Shown here: one piece after another, positions 38,820 through 47,168 of the stretch
How the letters are laid out: each line of letters starts with the position of its first letter
How positions within the stretch are numbered: the stretch's first letter is position 1
NCBI GenBank assembly: GCA_963707915.1
Contig: OY970178.1
Span: 3,559,635-3,623,634, forward strand
Source: Candidatus Eiseniibacteriota bacterium
GTDB lineage: Bacteria; Eisenbacteria; RBG-16-71-46
Direction: 5' to 3'
DNA: 64,000 nucleotides
Translations under genes and position numbers: made by a program
The notes under the pieces: generated by a model
Database searches by the model: none
What the model was told of the DNA's origin: nothing
Seen by the model: only the letters and a program-made list of their open reading frames with translations

Positions 38820-40856
38820 ATGGAGGAGCAGAAGAGCAAGTCCTACGTGCCGGCGAACTCGACCATGCGCGAAGTCTCGATCAAGGCGCTGCTCATCGGC
38901 CTGATCATGTGCGTGGTGCTGGGCGCGGCCAATGCCTACCTCGGCCTGAAGGCAGGGATGACCATCGCGGCCACCTACCCGGCGGCCGTGATCGGCATGG
39001 CGCTGCTCAAGGTTTGGAAGGGCACGATCCTCGAGGAGAACTACGCGCGAACCGTCGGCTCGATCGGCGAGTCGGTGGCCGCGGGCGCGATCTTCACGCT
39101 CCCGGCCTTCCTGATCGCCGGCGTGTGGACCGAGTTCTGGAGCCCGCGGCACTACTTCGAAGCCAGCGCGATCCTGCTGATCGGCGGCATCCTGGGGATC
39201 CTGTTCGTCACGATCCTGCGGCGCGTGATGGTCGAGGACAAGGAGCTCCCGTTCCCCGAATCCGTGGCGGCGGCCGAAATCCACAAGGCCGGCCAGGGCG
39301 GGCAGACCGGCGCGAAGTTCCTGTTCTGGGCGATGGGCCTCGGTGCGGTCATCCAGGCGATGCGGTCACTGAACGTCTTCGCCTCGAGCTGGGAGCGCTT
39401 CGTCTCCTTCGCCGGCAAGAAGATCACGCTGGGCAACGGCGCCTCGGTGCAGGCCGGCGGCGGCGCGCTCATCACCACGCCGGGCGTGAGCCCCGCGTAC
39501 ATGGGCGTCGGCTACATCATCGGGCCCAAGCTGGCGGCGCTGAACTTCACCGGCGGGCTGCTGGCCTGGGGCCTGTTCGTGCCGCTCCTCCTGTACTTCG
39601 TCGGGCCGCAGTTGGCGGCCTCGCTGCAGGGCACGGGCGTCGACGTCACCGCCCACGACACCTGGGTGACGATGGCCAACCAGGTCTGGCGCGGCATCGT
39701 GCGCCCGATCGCCATCGGCGGCATGCTGATGAGCGCGGGGTTCACGCTCTTCCGCATGCGCAAGAGCCTGGGCTCCGGCCTGTCGCGCGCCATGGGCGAC
39801 GTCAAGAAGGCCGCGGCCGGCAAGCACGACGTGGTGCGCACCGACCGTGACCTGCCGTTCAACTGGGTGTTCGTCGGCATCCTGCTCTGCATGATCGCGG
39901 TCTTCGCGCTCTACCTGTACTTCACCAACCACGTCACCGCGGCGCTGGTTGCGACCATCGTGATGGTCGTGGCCGGCTTCTTCTTCTCCGCGGTGTCGGG
40001 CAACCTGGTCGGGCTGATCGGCTCGAGCAACAACCCGATCAGCGGACTGACCATCTCGACGCTGATCATCGCCGCGCTGCTGATGGTCGCCCTCGGCGTC
40101 TCCGGGATGCCCGGAGTGGCCGCGGTCCTCGGCGTGGCGGCGGTCGCCTGCGTGACGGCCGCGGTCGCCGGCGAGATGCTGCAGGACCTCAAGGTCGGCT
40201 TCATCCTCGGCGGCACGCCCTGGAAGATGCAGCTCGGCGACATGCTGGGCGTGCTGGTCGCGGCGGCCGTCATGTTCATTCCCCTGGTCATTCTCAACCA
40301 GGGTGACATCGCGATGGGCGGCACCGGGCTGGGCGGCAAGGCCTATCCCGCTCCGCAGGCGAGCCTGATGGCGATCCTGGCGAACGGCATCGTCGGGCAC
40401 GACATGGCCTGGCCGCTCATCATCGTCGGCATGCTGATGGCGTTCGGCTTCATCCTGGTGCAGGTGAAGAGTCCGATGTTGGTGTGCGTCGGCATGTACC
40501 TGCCGCTCGAGACCTCGTTCGCGATCTTCATCGGCGGGCTGGTCAAGGGGGTCTTTGACAGCATCGCGAAGAAGCGCGGGTTCAACGAGGCCCAGACCAT
40601 CCGCAGCGGCAACAACGGCACGCTGCTCGCTGCGGGCCTGATCGCCGGGGAGGCGCTCATCGGGTTGCTGTTTGCCGGGCTGGCGGTCGCGAACCTGAAG
40701 TACGACACGTGGCTGCCTGGCATGTCGAACTTCTTCCCGGCGCCCTTCGGCGTCAGCCTGCTGGTGTTCGTGGTGATCGGCTGGGTGCTGATCCGCGTGC
40801 CGCTCGCGAACGCGGGACGCCCGGAGGATCCGGCGCCGCCGAGCGCGATGGTCTAG
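38820..40856 (+). CDS. Oligopeptide transporter, OPT/YSL family
   Basis: ANAYLGLKAGMTIAATYPAAVI, ILEEN, IFTLPAF, LPFPESVA, SSNNPISG, LQDLKVG, PAPQA, GMYLP; GGAGGA SD. Confidence 0.93.
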   Translation: MEEQKSKSYVPANSTMREVSIKALLIGLIMCVVLGAANAYLGLKAGMTIAATYPAAVIGMALLKVWKGTILEENYARTVGSIGESVAAGAIFTLPAFLIAGVWTEFWSPRHYFEASAILLIGGILGILFVTILRRVMVEDKELPFPESVAAAEIHKAGQGGQTGAKFLFWAMGLGAVIQAMRSLNVFASSWERFVSFAGKKITLGNGASVQAGGGALITTPGVSPAYMGVGYIIGPKLAALNFTGGLLAWGLFVPLLLYFVGPQLAASLQGTGVDVTAHDTWVTMANQVWRGIVRPIAIGGMLMSAGFTLFRMRKSLGSGLSRAMGDVKKAAAGKHDVVRTDRDLPFNWVFVGILLCMIAVFALYLYFTNHVTAALVATIVMVVAGFFFSAVSGNLVGLIGSSNNPISGLTISTLIIAALLMVALGVSGMPGVAAVLGVAAVACVTAAVAGEMLQDLKVGFILGGTPWKMQLGDMLGVLVAAAVMFIPLVILNQGDIAMGGTGLGGKAYPAPQASLMAILANGIVGHDMAWPLIIVGMLMAFGFILVQVKSPMLVCVGMYLPLETSFAIFIGGLVKGVFDSIAKKRGFNEAQTIRSGNNGTLLAAGLIAGEALIGLLFAGLAVANLKYDTWLPGMSNFFPAPFGVSLLVFVVIGWVLIRVPLANAGRPEDPAPPSAMV

Positions 40857-40977
40857 AGGGCCGAGACAGGAAGGATCGAAGCAGCTTGATCGGGAGCACG
40901 CGAGGGGACGGGACGCGAGACCGGGCGTCCCGGGGGTCCCTTCGCGTCCTCCCGGGACCCGAGAAAGGAGCCTGGCT

Positions 40978-42435
40978 GTGTCGAGCGCGATCGAAGGACT
41001 GAAGCCCGCATTGATGTGGAAGTACTTCGCGGCGATCTCGAAGATCCCGCGCGGTTCGAAGAACGAGGCGGCGATCACCAAGTACGTGCTGGGGGTCGCC
41101 AAGCAGCTCGGGCTCGAGGCCCGGGCCGACAAGTTCGGCAACGTGGTGGCGCGCAAGCCCGCCTCGCCCGGACGCGAGAAGGCCCGCACCGTGGTGCTGC
41201 AGGGCCACCTCGACATGGTCTGCGAGAAGAACAAGGACACCGTGCACGACTTCCTCAAGGACCCCATCGTGCTGGTGCGCAAGGGCGACGTGATGATGGC
41301 CGACGGCACCACGCTGGGCGCGGACAACGGCGTCGCGGTGGCCACCAGCCTCGCCATCATGGAGGACAAGAGCCTCGAGCACGGGCCGCTCGAGTTCCTG
41401 TTCACCGTGGACGAGGAGACCGGCCTGACCGGCGCGAACAACCTGGGCCCCGATTTCCTGACCGGCAAGACCCTGCTGAACCTCGATTCCGAGGAGGAGG
41501 GCGCGCTCTACGTCGGCTGCTCGGGCGGGCGGAACACGGCGGCGCGGTGGGCGCTGACCACCGACGCGGCACCCGCGGCGTCGGTGGCGGGGCTGCTCAA
41601 GATCACCGGCCTCAAGGGCGGCCACTCCGGCCTCGAGATCGACAAGAACCGCGGCAATTCGATCAAGCTCCTGGCGCGGGTGCTGGTCGCCCTCTCGGAA
41701 CTGGGCGTGCGGATGGCCTCGATCGAGGGCGGCGACAAGCACAACGCCATCCCGCGCGAGGCCGAGGCGCTGGTGTTCGTGCCGAAGAAGATCTGGCCGG
41801 TCGCGCTCGAGCTGGTGGCGAAGTGCCAGGCGACCATGCGGGCCGAGCTCGGCGGCGCGGACCCCGGCATGAACCTGACGCTGGTCGAGGGCAAGGGGCT
41901 CCGGCGCCGCGTCGTGTTCAAGAAGGCCGCGCAGATGAAGGTGCTGCAGACGCTGCTGGCGCTGCCGCACGGCGTCATCAAGATGAGCTCCGACATCCCC
42001 GGCCTGGTCGAGACCTCGACCAACGTGGCCGCCATCAAGACCACCGCCAAGTCGGTCGAGATGGTGACCAGCCAGCGCAGCTCGGTGGCGTCGGAGAACG
42101 CGGAGATCTGCGACACGGTGCAGGCGATCTTCGAGCTGGGCGGGGCCAAGGTGAAGGCCGGCGACGGCTACCCGGGCTGGAAGCCGAACATGGCCTCCGA
42201 GATCCTCAAGGTCGCCAAGGGCACCTACCAGTCGCTCTACGGCAAGACGCCCGAGGTCAAGGCCATCCACGCCGGTCTCGAGTGCGGCATCATCGGCGAG
42301 AAGTACCCGGGCATGGACATGCTCTCCTTCGGGCCGACGCTCGAGGGCGTGCACTCGCCGGACGAGAAGCTGCACATCGGCTCGGTCGAGCGCTACTGGG
42401 ACTTCCTGATGGGCATCCTGAAGAACGTCAAGTAA
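40978..42435 (+). CDS. pepD: Aminoacyl-histidine dipeptidase (M20C)
   Basis: IPRGSKNE, LQGHLDMV, TTLGADNG, TVDEETG, NLDSEEEG, KGGHSG, IHAGLECG, HSPDE. Confidence 0.95.
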   Translation: MSSAIEGLKPALMWKYFAAISKIPRGSKNEAAITKYVLGVAKQLGLEARADKFGNVVARKPASPGREKARTVVLQGHLDMVCEKNKDTVHDFLKDPIVLVRKGDVMMADGTTLGADNGVAVATSLAIMEDKSLEHGPLEFLFTVDEETGLTGANNLGPDFLTGKTLLNLDSEEEGALYVGCSGGRNTAARWALTTDAAPAASVAGLLKITGLKGGHSGLEIDKNRGNSIKLLARVLVALSELGVRMASIEGGDKHNAIPREAEALVFVPKKIWPVALELVAKCQATMRAELGGADPGMNLTLVEGKGLRRRVVFKKAAQMKVLQTLLALPHGVIKMSSDIPGLVETSTNVAAIKTTAKSVEMVTSQRSSVASENAEICDTVQAIFELGGAKVKAGDGYPGWKPNMASEILKVAKGTYQSLYGKTPEVKAIHAGLECGIIGEKYPGMDMLSFGPTLEGVHSPDEKLHIGSVERYWDFLMGILKNVK

Positions 42436-42506
42436 CGAGGAACGACACGCGGTGGCCGGCCCGGGTCTTCCGACCCGGGCCGGTCGCGCGAAGTGGAGCG
42501 TGTGCG

Positions 42507-44147
42507 ATGACGCGGAGCCCCCGGAGGCTTGGATTCCTCGTCCTGGCCGTCGCCTGGACGGTGTTCGCCGCCGCGGCCCGCCCGCCGCGGGCCGCGATCC
42601 CCTCCGCGGCCGAGTTCCTTGCGGCACGCGCGAACTACCCTGCGCACTGGTGGGCGCCCGTCCCGCAGGAGGGCGCTCCCGATTGGGAGATCCTGCCGCA
42701 GGCGGCCGGGCCCGGCGAGGTGATCGTCTCCAAGCGCCACGAGCTGGGCCTGCTCTCCAACTTCGCCGCGACCCCGTTCACCTTCCGCGGGCGGCGCTAC
42801 GCGAGCCTCGAGGGCTTTTGGCAGATGATGCTCTACCCCGAGGGCCCCGGCGATCCGCGGGCGTCCTTCCCGGGCGTCGCCTGGGCCTTCACGCGCGACT
42901 CGGTGGCGCGCATGACCGCCTTCGAAGCCAAGAGCGCGGGAGCGCTGGCCGAGCGGAACATGCGGACCATGGACATCGGCTGGGCGTCGTTCGAGGGCCG
43001 CCGCTTCGCCTACCGCTCGGCCCGGCCCGGCCGGCACTACCGGCTGATCGTGGCGGCCATGCACGAGAAGCTGCGGCAGAACCCCGCGGTGCGCGACGCG
43101 CTGCTGGCGACCGGCGACCTGGTGCTCCGGCCCGACCACCAGCCGGAGCCGGACGCGCCGCCCGAGTGGCGCTACTGCGAGATCTGGACGCGGATCCGCG
43201 ACGAACTGCGACGCGGCCGGCGAGCGGGGTCAGCCGCGGCCGACCCCGCTCCGGGGACCTGGCGGTCCGTGGCACCGATGAAGCACGCCCGGGCCGCGCA
43301 CGCCGTGGTGAGCACCGGAACCGCGATCTACGCGCTGGCCGGCACCGGCGCCGGACACGCGCCGGTGCTCGAGATCGAGCGCTTCGACGGCCGGACGTGG
43401 ATGGTGGAGTCCGCGCTCCCGTCGTCCGGGCTGAACGCGCCGGCGGCGGTCGCGCTGGGCGGACGAATCTACCTGATCGGCGGCTTCGAGACCGTGACCA
43501 ACGTGCCGACCGACCGGGTCCAGGTCTACGATCCGGCCGCGCGTGCCTGGAGCGCGGCCTGCCCGCTGCCCGCTCCGCGGGGTGGCCACGCGGCGGTGGT
43601 GCTGGACGGCAGGATCCACGTGCTGGGCGGCGGCAACTCACGCTCGACGCTGGCCGACCATTCCGTCTACGACCCGGCGACGGACCGCTGGAGCGAGCTG
43701 GCACCGCTGCCGCGCGCGGAAGGGAGCCCGGCGGCCGTCGCGCTGGGAGGGAAGCTCTACGCGATCGGCGGTCGGAGCGGCCCCGTCGACTTCGGCGCGG
43801 TGGACGTGTACGACCCGGCGACGGACGTCTGGTCCGCGGGCCACGCGATCGAACCGCGTGGCACCGCCGGCGCCGTCGCCTGGTGCGGGGCGATCTACCT
43901 CTTCGGCGGCGAGTCGCAGGCGCGTGGGGAGAGCCTCGCGGAGGTCCTGTGCCTGGAGCCGGGCGCGGCGGTGTGGCGGGCGGCCGCGCCCATGCCGACG
44001 GCGCGGAACTTCGCCCGCGCAGTGCCGCTCGGGGACGCGATCTACGTGGTCGGGGGGAGCCCCACGCCGGAGCGCGGCCACGCCTCCCAGGGCAGCGCGG
44101 TCGTGGAGCGCTTCCAGGTCCGCTGCGGGCGCGGGGGCACCCGATGA
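42507..44147 (+). CDS. Signal peptide + divergent NADAR (YbiA-like) domain + six-bladed Kelch beta-propeller
   Basis: Hydrophobic N-terminus; LSNFAATPFTFRGRRYASLEGFWQ and MHEKLRQNPAVRDALLATGD..RIRDEL match the NADAR pattern; six Kelch repeats (W..AP(L/M)P..R....AV..G.IY.IGG). Confidence 0.75.
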   Translation: MTRSPRRLGFLVLAVAWTVFAAAARPPRAAIPSAAEFLAARANYPAHWWAPVPQEGAPDWEILPQAAGPGEVIVSKRHELGLLSNFAATPFTFRGRRYASLEGFWQMMLYPEGPGDPRASFPGVAWAFTRDSVARMTAFEAKSAGALAERNMRTMDIGWASFEGRRFAYRSARPGRHYRLIVAAMHEKLRQNPAVRDALLATGDLVLRPDHQPEPDAPPEWRYCEIWTRIRDELRRGRRAGSAAADPAPGTWRSVAPMKHARAAHAVVSTGTAIYALAGTGAGHAPVLEIERFDGRTWMVESALPSSGLNAPAAVALGGRIYLIGGFETVTNVPTDRVQVYDPAARAWSAACPLPAPRGGHAAVVLDGRIHVLGGGNSRSTLADHSVYDPATDRWSELAPLPRAEGSPAAVALGGKLYAIGGRSGPVDFGAVDVYDPATDVWSAGHAIEPRGTAGAVAWCGAIYLFGGESQARGESLAEVLCLEPGAAVWRAAAPMPTARNFARAVPLGDAIYVVGGSPTPERGHASQGSAVVERFQVRCGRGGTR

Positions 44148-44710
44148 GCGGACCGGGGTTCTCCTCCGTGGTCGCCGATCGGGTGATTCTCCGCCGCTTG
44201 CGTCCATCCGACGCGGAGGTGGTGTTCGGCTATCGGGCCGACCCCGAGGTGTCGCGTTACCAGAACTGGGTGCCGGCATCGTTCGACGAGGTCCGGTCGT
44301 TCATCGAGTCCCTGGCCGGGCTCGAGCCGGACTCTCCGGGCAGGTGGTTCCAGGTGGGGATCGAGCTTCGCGAGTCGGGGGAGCTGGTGGGCGATTGCGG
44401 CATCCACGTCTCCGCGTCGGACCCCCGGCTGGTGGAGATCGGGATCACGCTCGCGCCGTCGCATCAGCGCCGCGGGCTGGGCGCCGAAGCGCTCCGGGCG
44501 CTCCTGGACTACCTCTTCCGCGAACTGCGCAAGCACCGCGCGTATGGCTCGGTGGATGGACGCAACGTGGCGTCCCTGGCGCTGCTGGGCCGGGTCGGCA
44601 TGAGGCAGGAGGCTCACTTCGTCCAGAGCTACTGGTCCAAGGGCGAGTGGACCGACGACGTGGTCTTCGGGATGCTCGGCTGGGAGTGGGAGGAGAGGCG
44701 CGGGACCTGA
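44144..44710 (+). CDS. GNAT N-acetyltransferase, RimJ/RimL family
   Basis: VILRRLRPSD, LVGDCG, EIGITL..HQRRGLG (AcCoA motif), NVASLALL..GMRQE; ATGA overlap with the upstream gene. Confidence 0.9.
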   Translation: MSGPGFSSVVADRVILRRLRPSDAEVVFGYRADPEVSRYQNWVPASFDEVRSFIESLAGLEPDSPGRWFQVGIELRESGELVGDCGIHVSASDPRLVEIGITLAPSHQRRGLGAEALRALLDYLFRELRKHRAYGSVDGRNVASLALLGRVGMRQEAHFVQSYWSKGEWTDDVVFGMLGWEWEERRGT

Positions 44711-44776
44711 GGTCTCGCCGGAGCCCGATGCTCCGCGGCCCTGCCGCGGAGGCCACCCGTCCGTGGTGGACAGGAG

Positions 44777-45766
44777 GTGAACGTGGATATCGAACCCATC
44801 GAGCGGGTCGAATTCGAGGCTTCCCGCCTGATCGAGGAGCACCCGCCGCGCTGGCGCGACCGGAACAAGGAGGTCGTCTTCCGGATCGCGAGCGCCCGGG
44901 AGTTCCCGTTCGAAGGCCACATCCGGTACGCCCGCTGGCCGAAGATGGAAACTCCACCTTCCGTGTCCGGCCGGCGCCAGATCACGTTGCGCGCAGGCTT
45001 CTATGACTACCTCCCGTCCGCACCGGGTGGCGCGGTCGAGTGGCACGTGAACTTCGCCGATCCCGAGTTGTTCGTGGCGTATGGCTCGGGGCTGCTGGCA
45101 CAGGACGAGATGCAGGTCGCGGAGCACCCGATCCTGGGCTGCGTCCGCGAGGCATTGCTGGCCATGGGGAGGCCGGCAGTGACCTGCGAGCCCTGGGGCG
45201 GACCGACACCCGTCACGGTCACCGGCGCGCAGCGCCGCTGCGCCATCGACACGGCCCCCGACCCGGCGGCGGGGCGCCCTTGCGGCCTGTACGGGAAGGC
45301 TTTCGCGCGTGCCTCCGTAGCGGACGTCACGGCCGTCACGCGGCCGCTGTCGCCTCCGACCCTGAGCAACATCCTCGCGATCTCGGCGCCGCCCGGCGGA
45401 AGCGGAACGTACACGCGGGGTGAGATAGCGGACGTCCTCGAGACGGCCTTCACCGGCTTCGTGGCGGCCCGCCGCGAGAGCGGGAGCCTCGCCGGTGCCG
45501 GTGAGCAGACGATCGTCCATACGGGGTTCTGGGGATGCGGCGCGTTCGGCGGAGACCGCAGGCTGATGACCATGCTCCAGGCCCTGGCGGCCGAGTTGGC
45601 CGGAGTGGACGTGGTGTTCCACGCGGGGACACCCGAAGGGGTCACGCTCGCCACGGAGGCCTTCGAGGCCTGCGCCCGGATGCGGGATGCGGCTCCCGAC
45701 ACAGAGGTGATTCTGGACGAGTTCGTGGACCTCGGTTTTCGGTGGGGCGTGTCCGATGGCAACTGA
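44777..45766 (+). CDS. PARG-like macrodomain protein (poly(ADP-ribose) glycohydrolase fold)
   Basis: HVNFAD...G.LAQDEMQ..EHP resembles PARG VDFAN...QEEI...PE; HTGFWGCGAFGGD matches PARG TGNWGCGAFGGD; AGGAGG SD. Confidence 0.75.
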   Translation: MNVDIEPIERVEFEASRLIEEHPPRWRDRNKEVVFRIASAREFPFEGHIRYARWPKMETPPSVSGRRQITLRAGFYDYLPSAPGGAVEWHVNFADPELFVAYGSGLLAQDEMQVAEHPILGCVREALLAMGRPAVTCEPWGGPTPVTVTGAQRRCAIDTAPDPAAGRPCGLYGKAFARASVADVTAVTRPLSPPTLSNILAISAPPGGSGTYTRGEIADVLETAFTGFVAARRESGSLAGAGEQTIVHTGFWGCGAFGGDRRLMTMLQALAAELAGVDVVFHAGTPEGVTLATEAFEACARMRDAAPDTEVILDEFVDLGFRWGVSDGN

Positions 45767-45907
45767 GATCACGCCCTCGGGGTACGGCTCCCCGCCGCCC
45801 GCCGACTCGCACGTGTCCCCGGCCTGCGGTAACGTAGGCTCGTCGGACCACGCACCGTGGTGCCCCGTGTTCCAGGCCCGCGCGAACCCACTGTCGGGAG
45901 GCTCACC

Positions 45908-47167
45908 GTGATCCAAGGTGTCGCGAAGTTCTTCCGCTCGCTGCGCGAGTACCACGCGTCCTTCTGGACCGCGAACCTCTCGGAGTTGTTCGAGCGGGTC
46001 GCGTTCTACGGGATGACGACCATCCTGGTCCTCTTCCTGACCAAGTCGCGGGGGTTCTCGGACTCGACGGCGATCTACATCGGCGGCTACTTCGGGCTGT
46101 TCACCTACGGGCTAGCGGCCTTCTCGGGCTTCCTCGCCGACCTGCTCGGCTACCGGCGGGCGATGCTCTCGGCCTACGCGCTGCTCGCAGTGGGCTACTT
46201 CCTGGTCGTCACCGTGCAGGGCACGGTGCCCATCCTGGGCGCGCTGCTGCTGATCGCGTTCGGCGCCTCGCTGATCAAGCCCTCGATCACCGGCACGGTG
46301 CAGAAGGTCTGCACCGAGCCGCAGCGGGCGCTCGGCTTTTCGATCTACTACACCCTGGTCAACGTCGGCGGGTTCATCGGCCCCAACCTGGGCGGGCAGA
46401 TTCGCGACCGCGCGGGGGTGGAGCCGGTGTTCTACTGCAGCGCCGCCGCGGCCGGGCTCGCCTTCCTGTTGGTGCTGGTCGCCTTTCGCGAGCCGGCGGC
46501 CGCGCCCGGAGTCGTGGCCCGGAAGAGCTTCGGCGCCTTCCTCGCGGACTTCGGCCGCGTGCTGCTCAACTGGCGGCTGATGATGCTGATCCTGCTGGTC
46601 GCGGGGTTCTGGAGCATGTTCTTCCAGTTCTACGGGCCGCTGCCCCTCTACCTGGAGAACGACCTCCACGCCTCGACCCGCCAGTTGGGCTTCGTCATCT
46701 CGCTCGACGCGCTCGCGATCGTCTGCCTGCAGGTGGTGGTCGGCTACTTCGTCCGCAACCTCGCGGCGAGCCGGGCCATCTTCCTGGCCGCACTGATCGC
46801 CGCGGCGGGCATCGCGGTCATCGGCGTGGTCCCGTCCATCTGGGCCGTCGGCGCCGGCGTCCTGATCTTCTCGGTGGGCGAGATGATCTACTCGGCCCAT
46901 TTCTACCGCTACCTCGGCAGCATCGCGCCGCCCGACCAGGTCGGCATGTACATGGGCTTCGCGTTCCTGCCGATCGCGCTGGGCTACTGGCTCTCGGGGG
47001 TGATCGGCGCGCCGGCCTACCCGTTCTTCAAGAACACGCTCCACCAGCCGCAACTGATGTGGTTCGCCTTCGCGGCGGTCGGCGTGGTGTCGGCCTTCGG
47101 CCTGCTGCTGATGACCGCGCTGCTCAAGGGCGGGGCCGGCGCGCGGCCCGGGGCCGGGACGGCCTGA
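45908..47167 (+). CDS. MFS transporter (POT/PTR-like)
   Basis: ELFERVAFYG (ExxER(F)xYYG POT signature), ADLLGYRR, IKPSI, GFSIYY..VNVGG, GEMIYS. Confidence 0.88.
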   Translation: MIQGVAKFFRSLREYHASFWTANLSELFERVAFYGMTTILVLFLTKSRGFSDSTAIYIGGYFGLFTYGLAAFSGFLADLLGYRRAMLSAYALLAVGYFLVVTVQGTVPILGALLLIAFGASLIKPSITGTVQKVCTEPQRALGFSIYYTLVNVGGFIGPNLGGQIRDRAGVEPVFYCSAAAAGLAFLLVLVAFREPAAAPGVVARKSFGAFLADFGRVLLNWRLMMLILLVAGFWSMFFQFYGPLPLYLENDLHASTRQLGFVISLDALAIVCLQVVVGYFVRNLAASRAIFLAALIAAAGIAVIGVVPSIWAVGAGVLIFSVGEMIYSAHFYRYLGSIAPPDQVGMYMGFAFLPIALGYWLSGVIGAPAYPFFKNTLHQPQLMWFAFAAVGVVSAFGLLLMTALLKGGAGARPGAGTA

Positions 47168-47168
47168 G

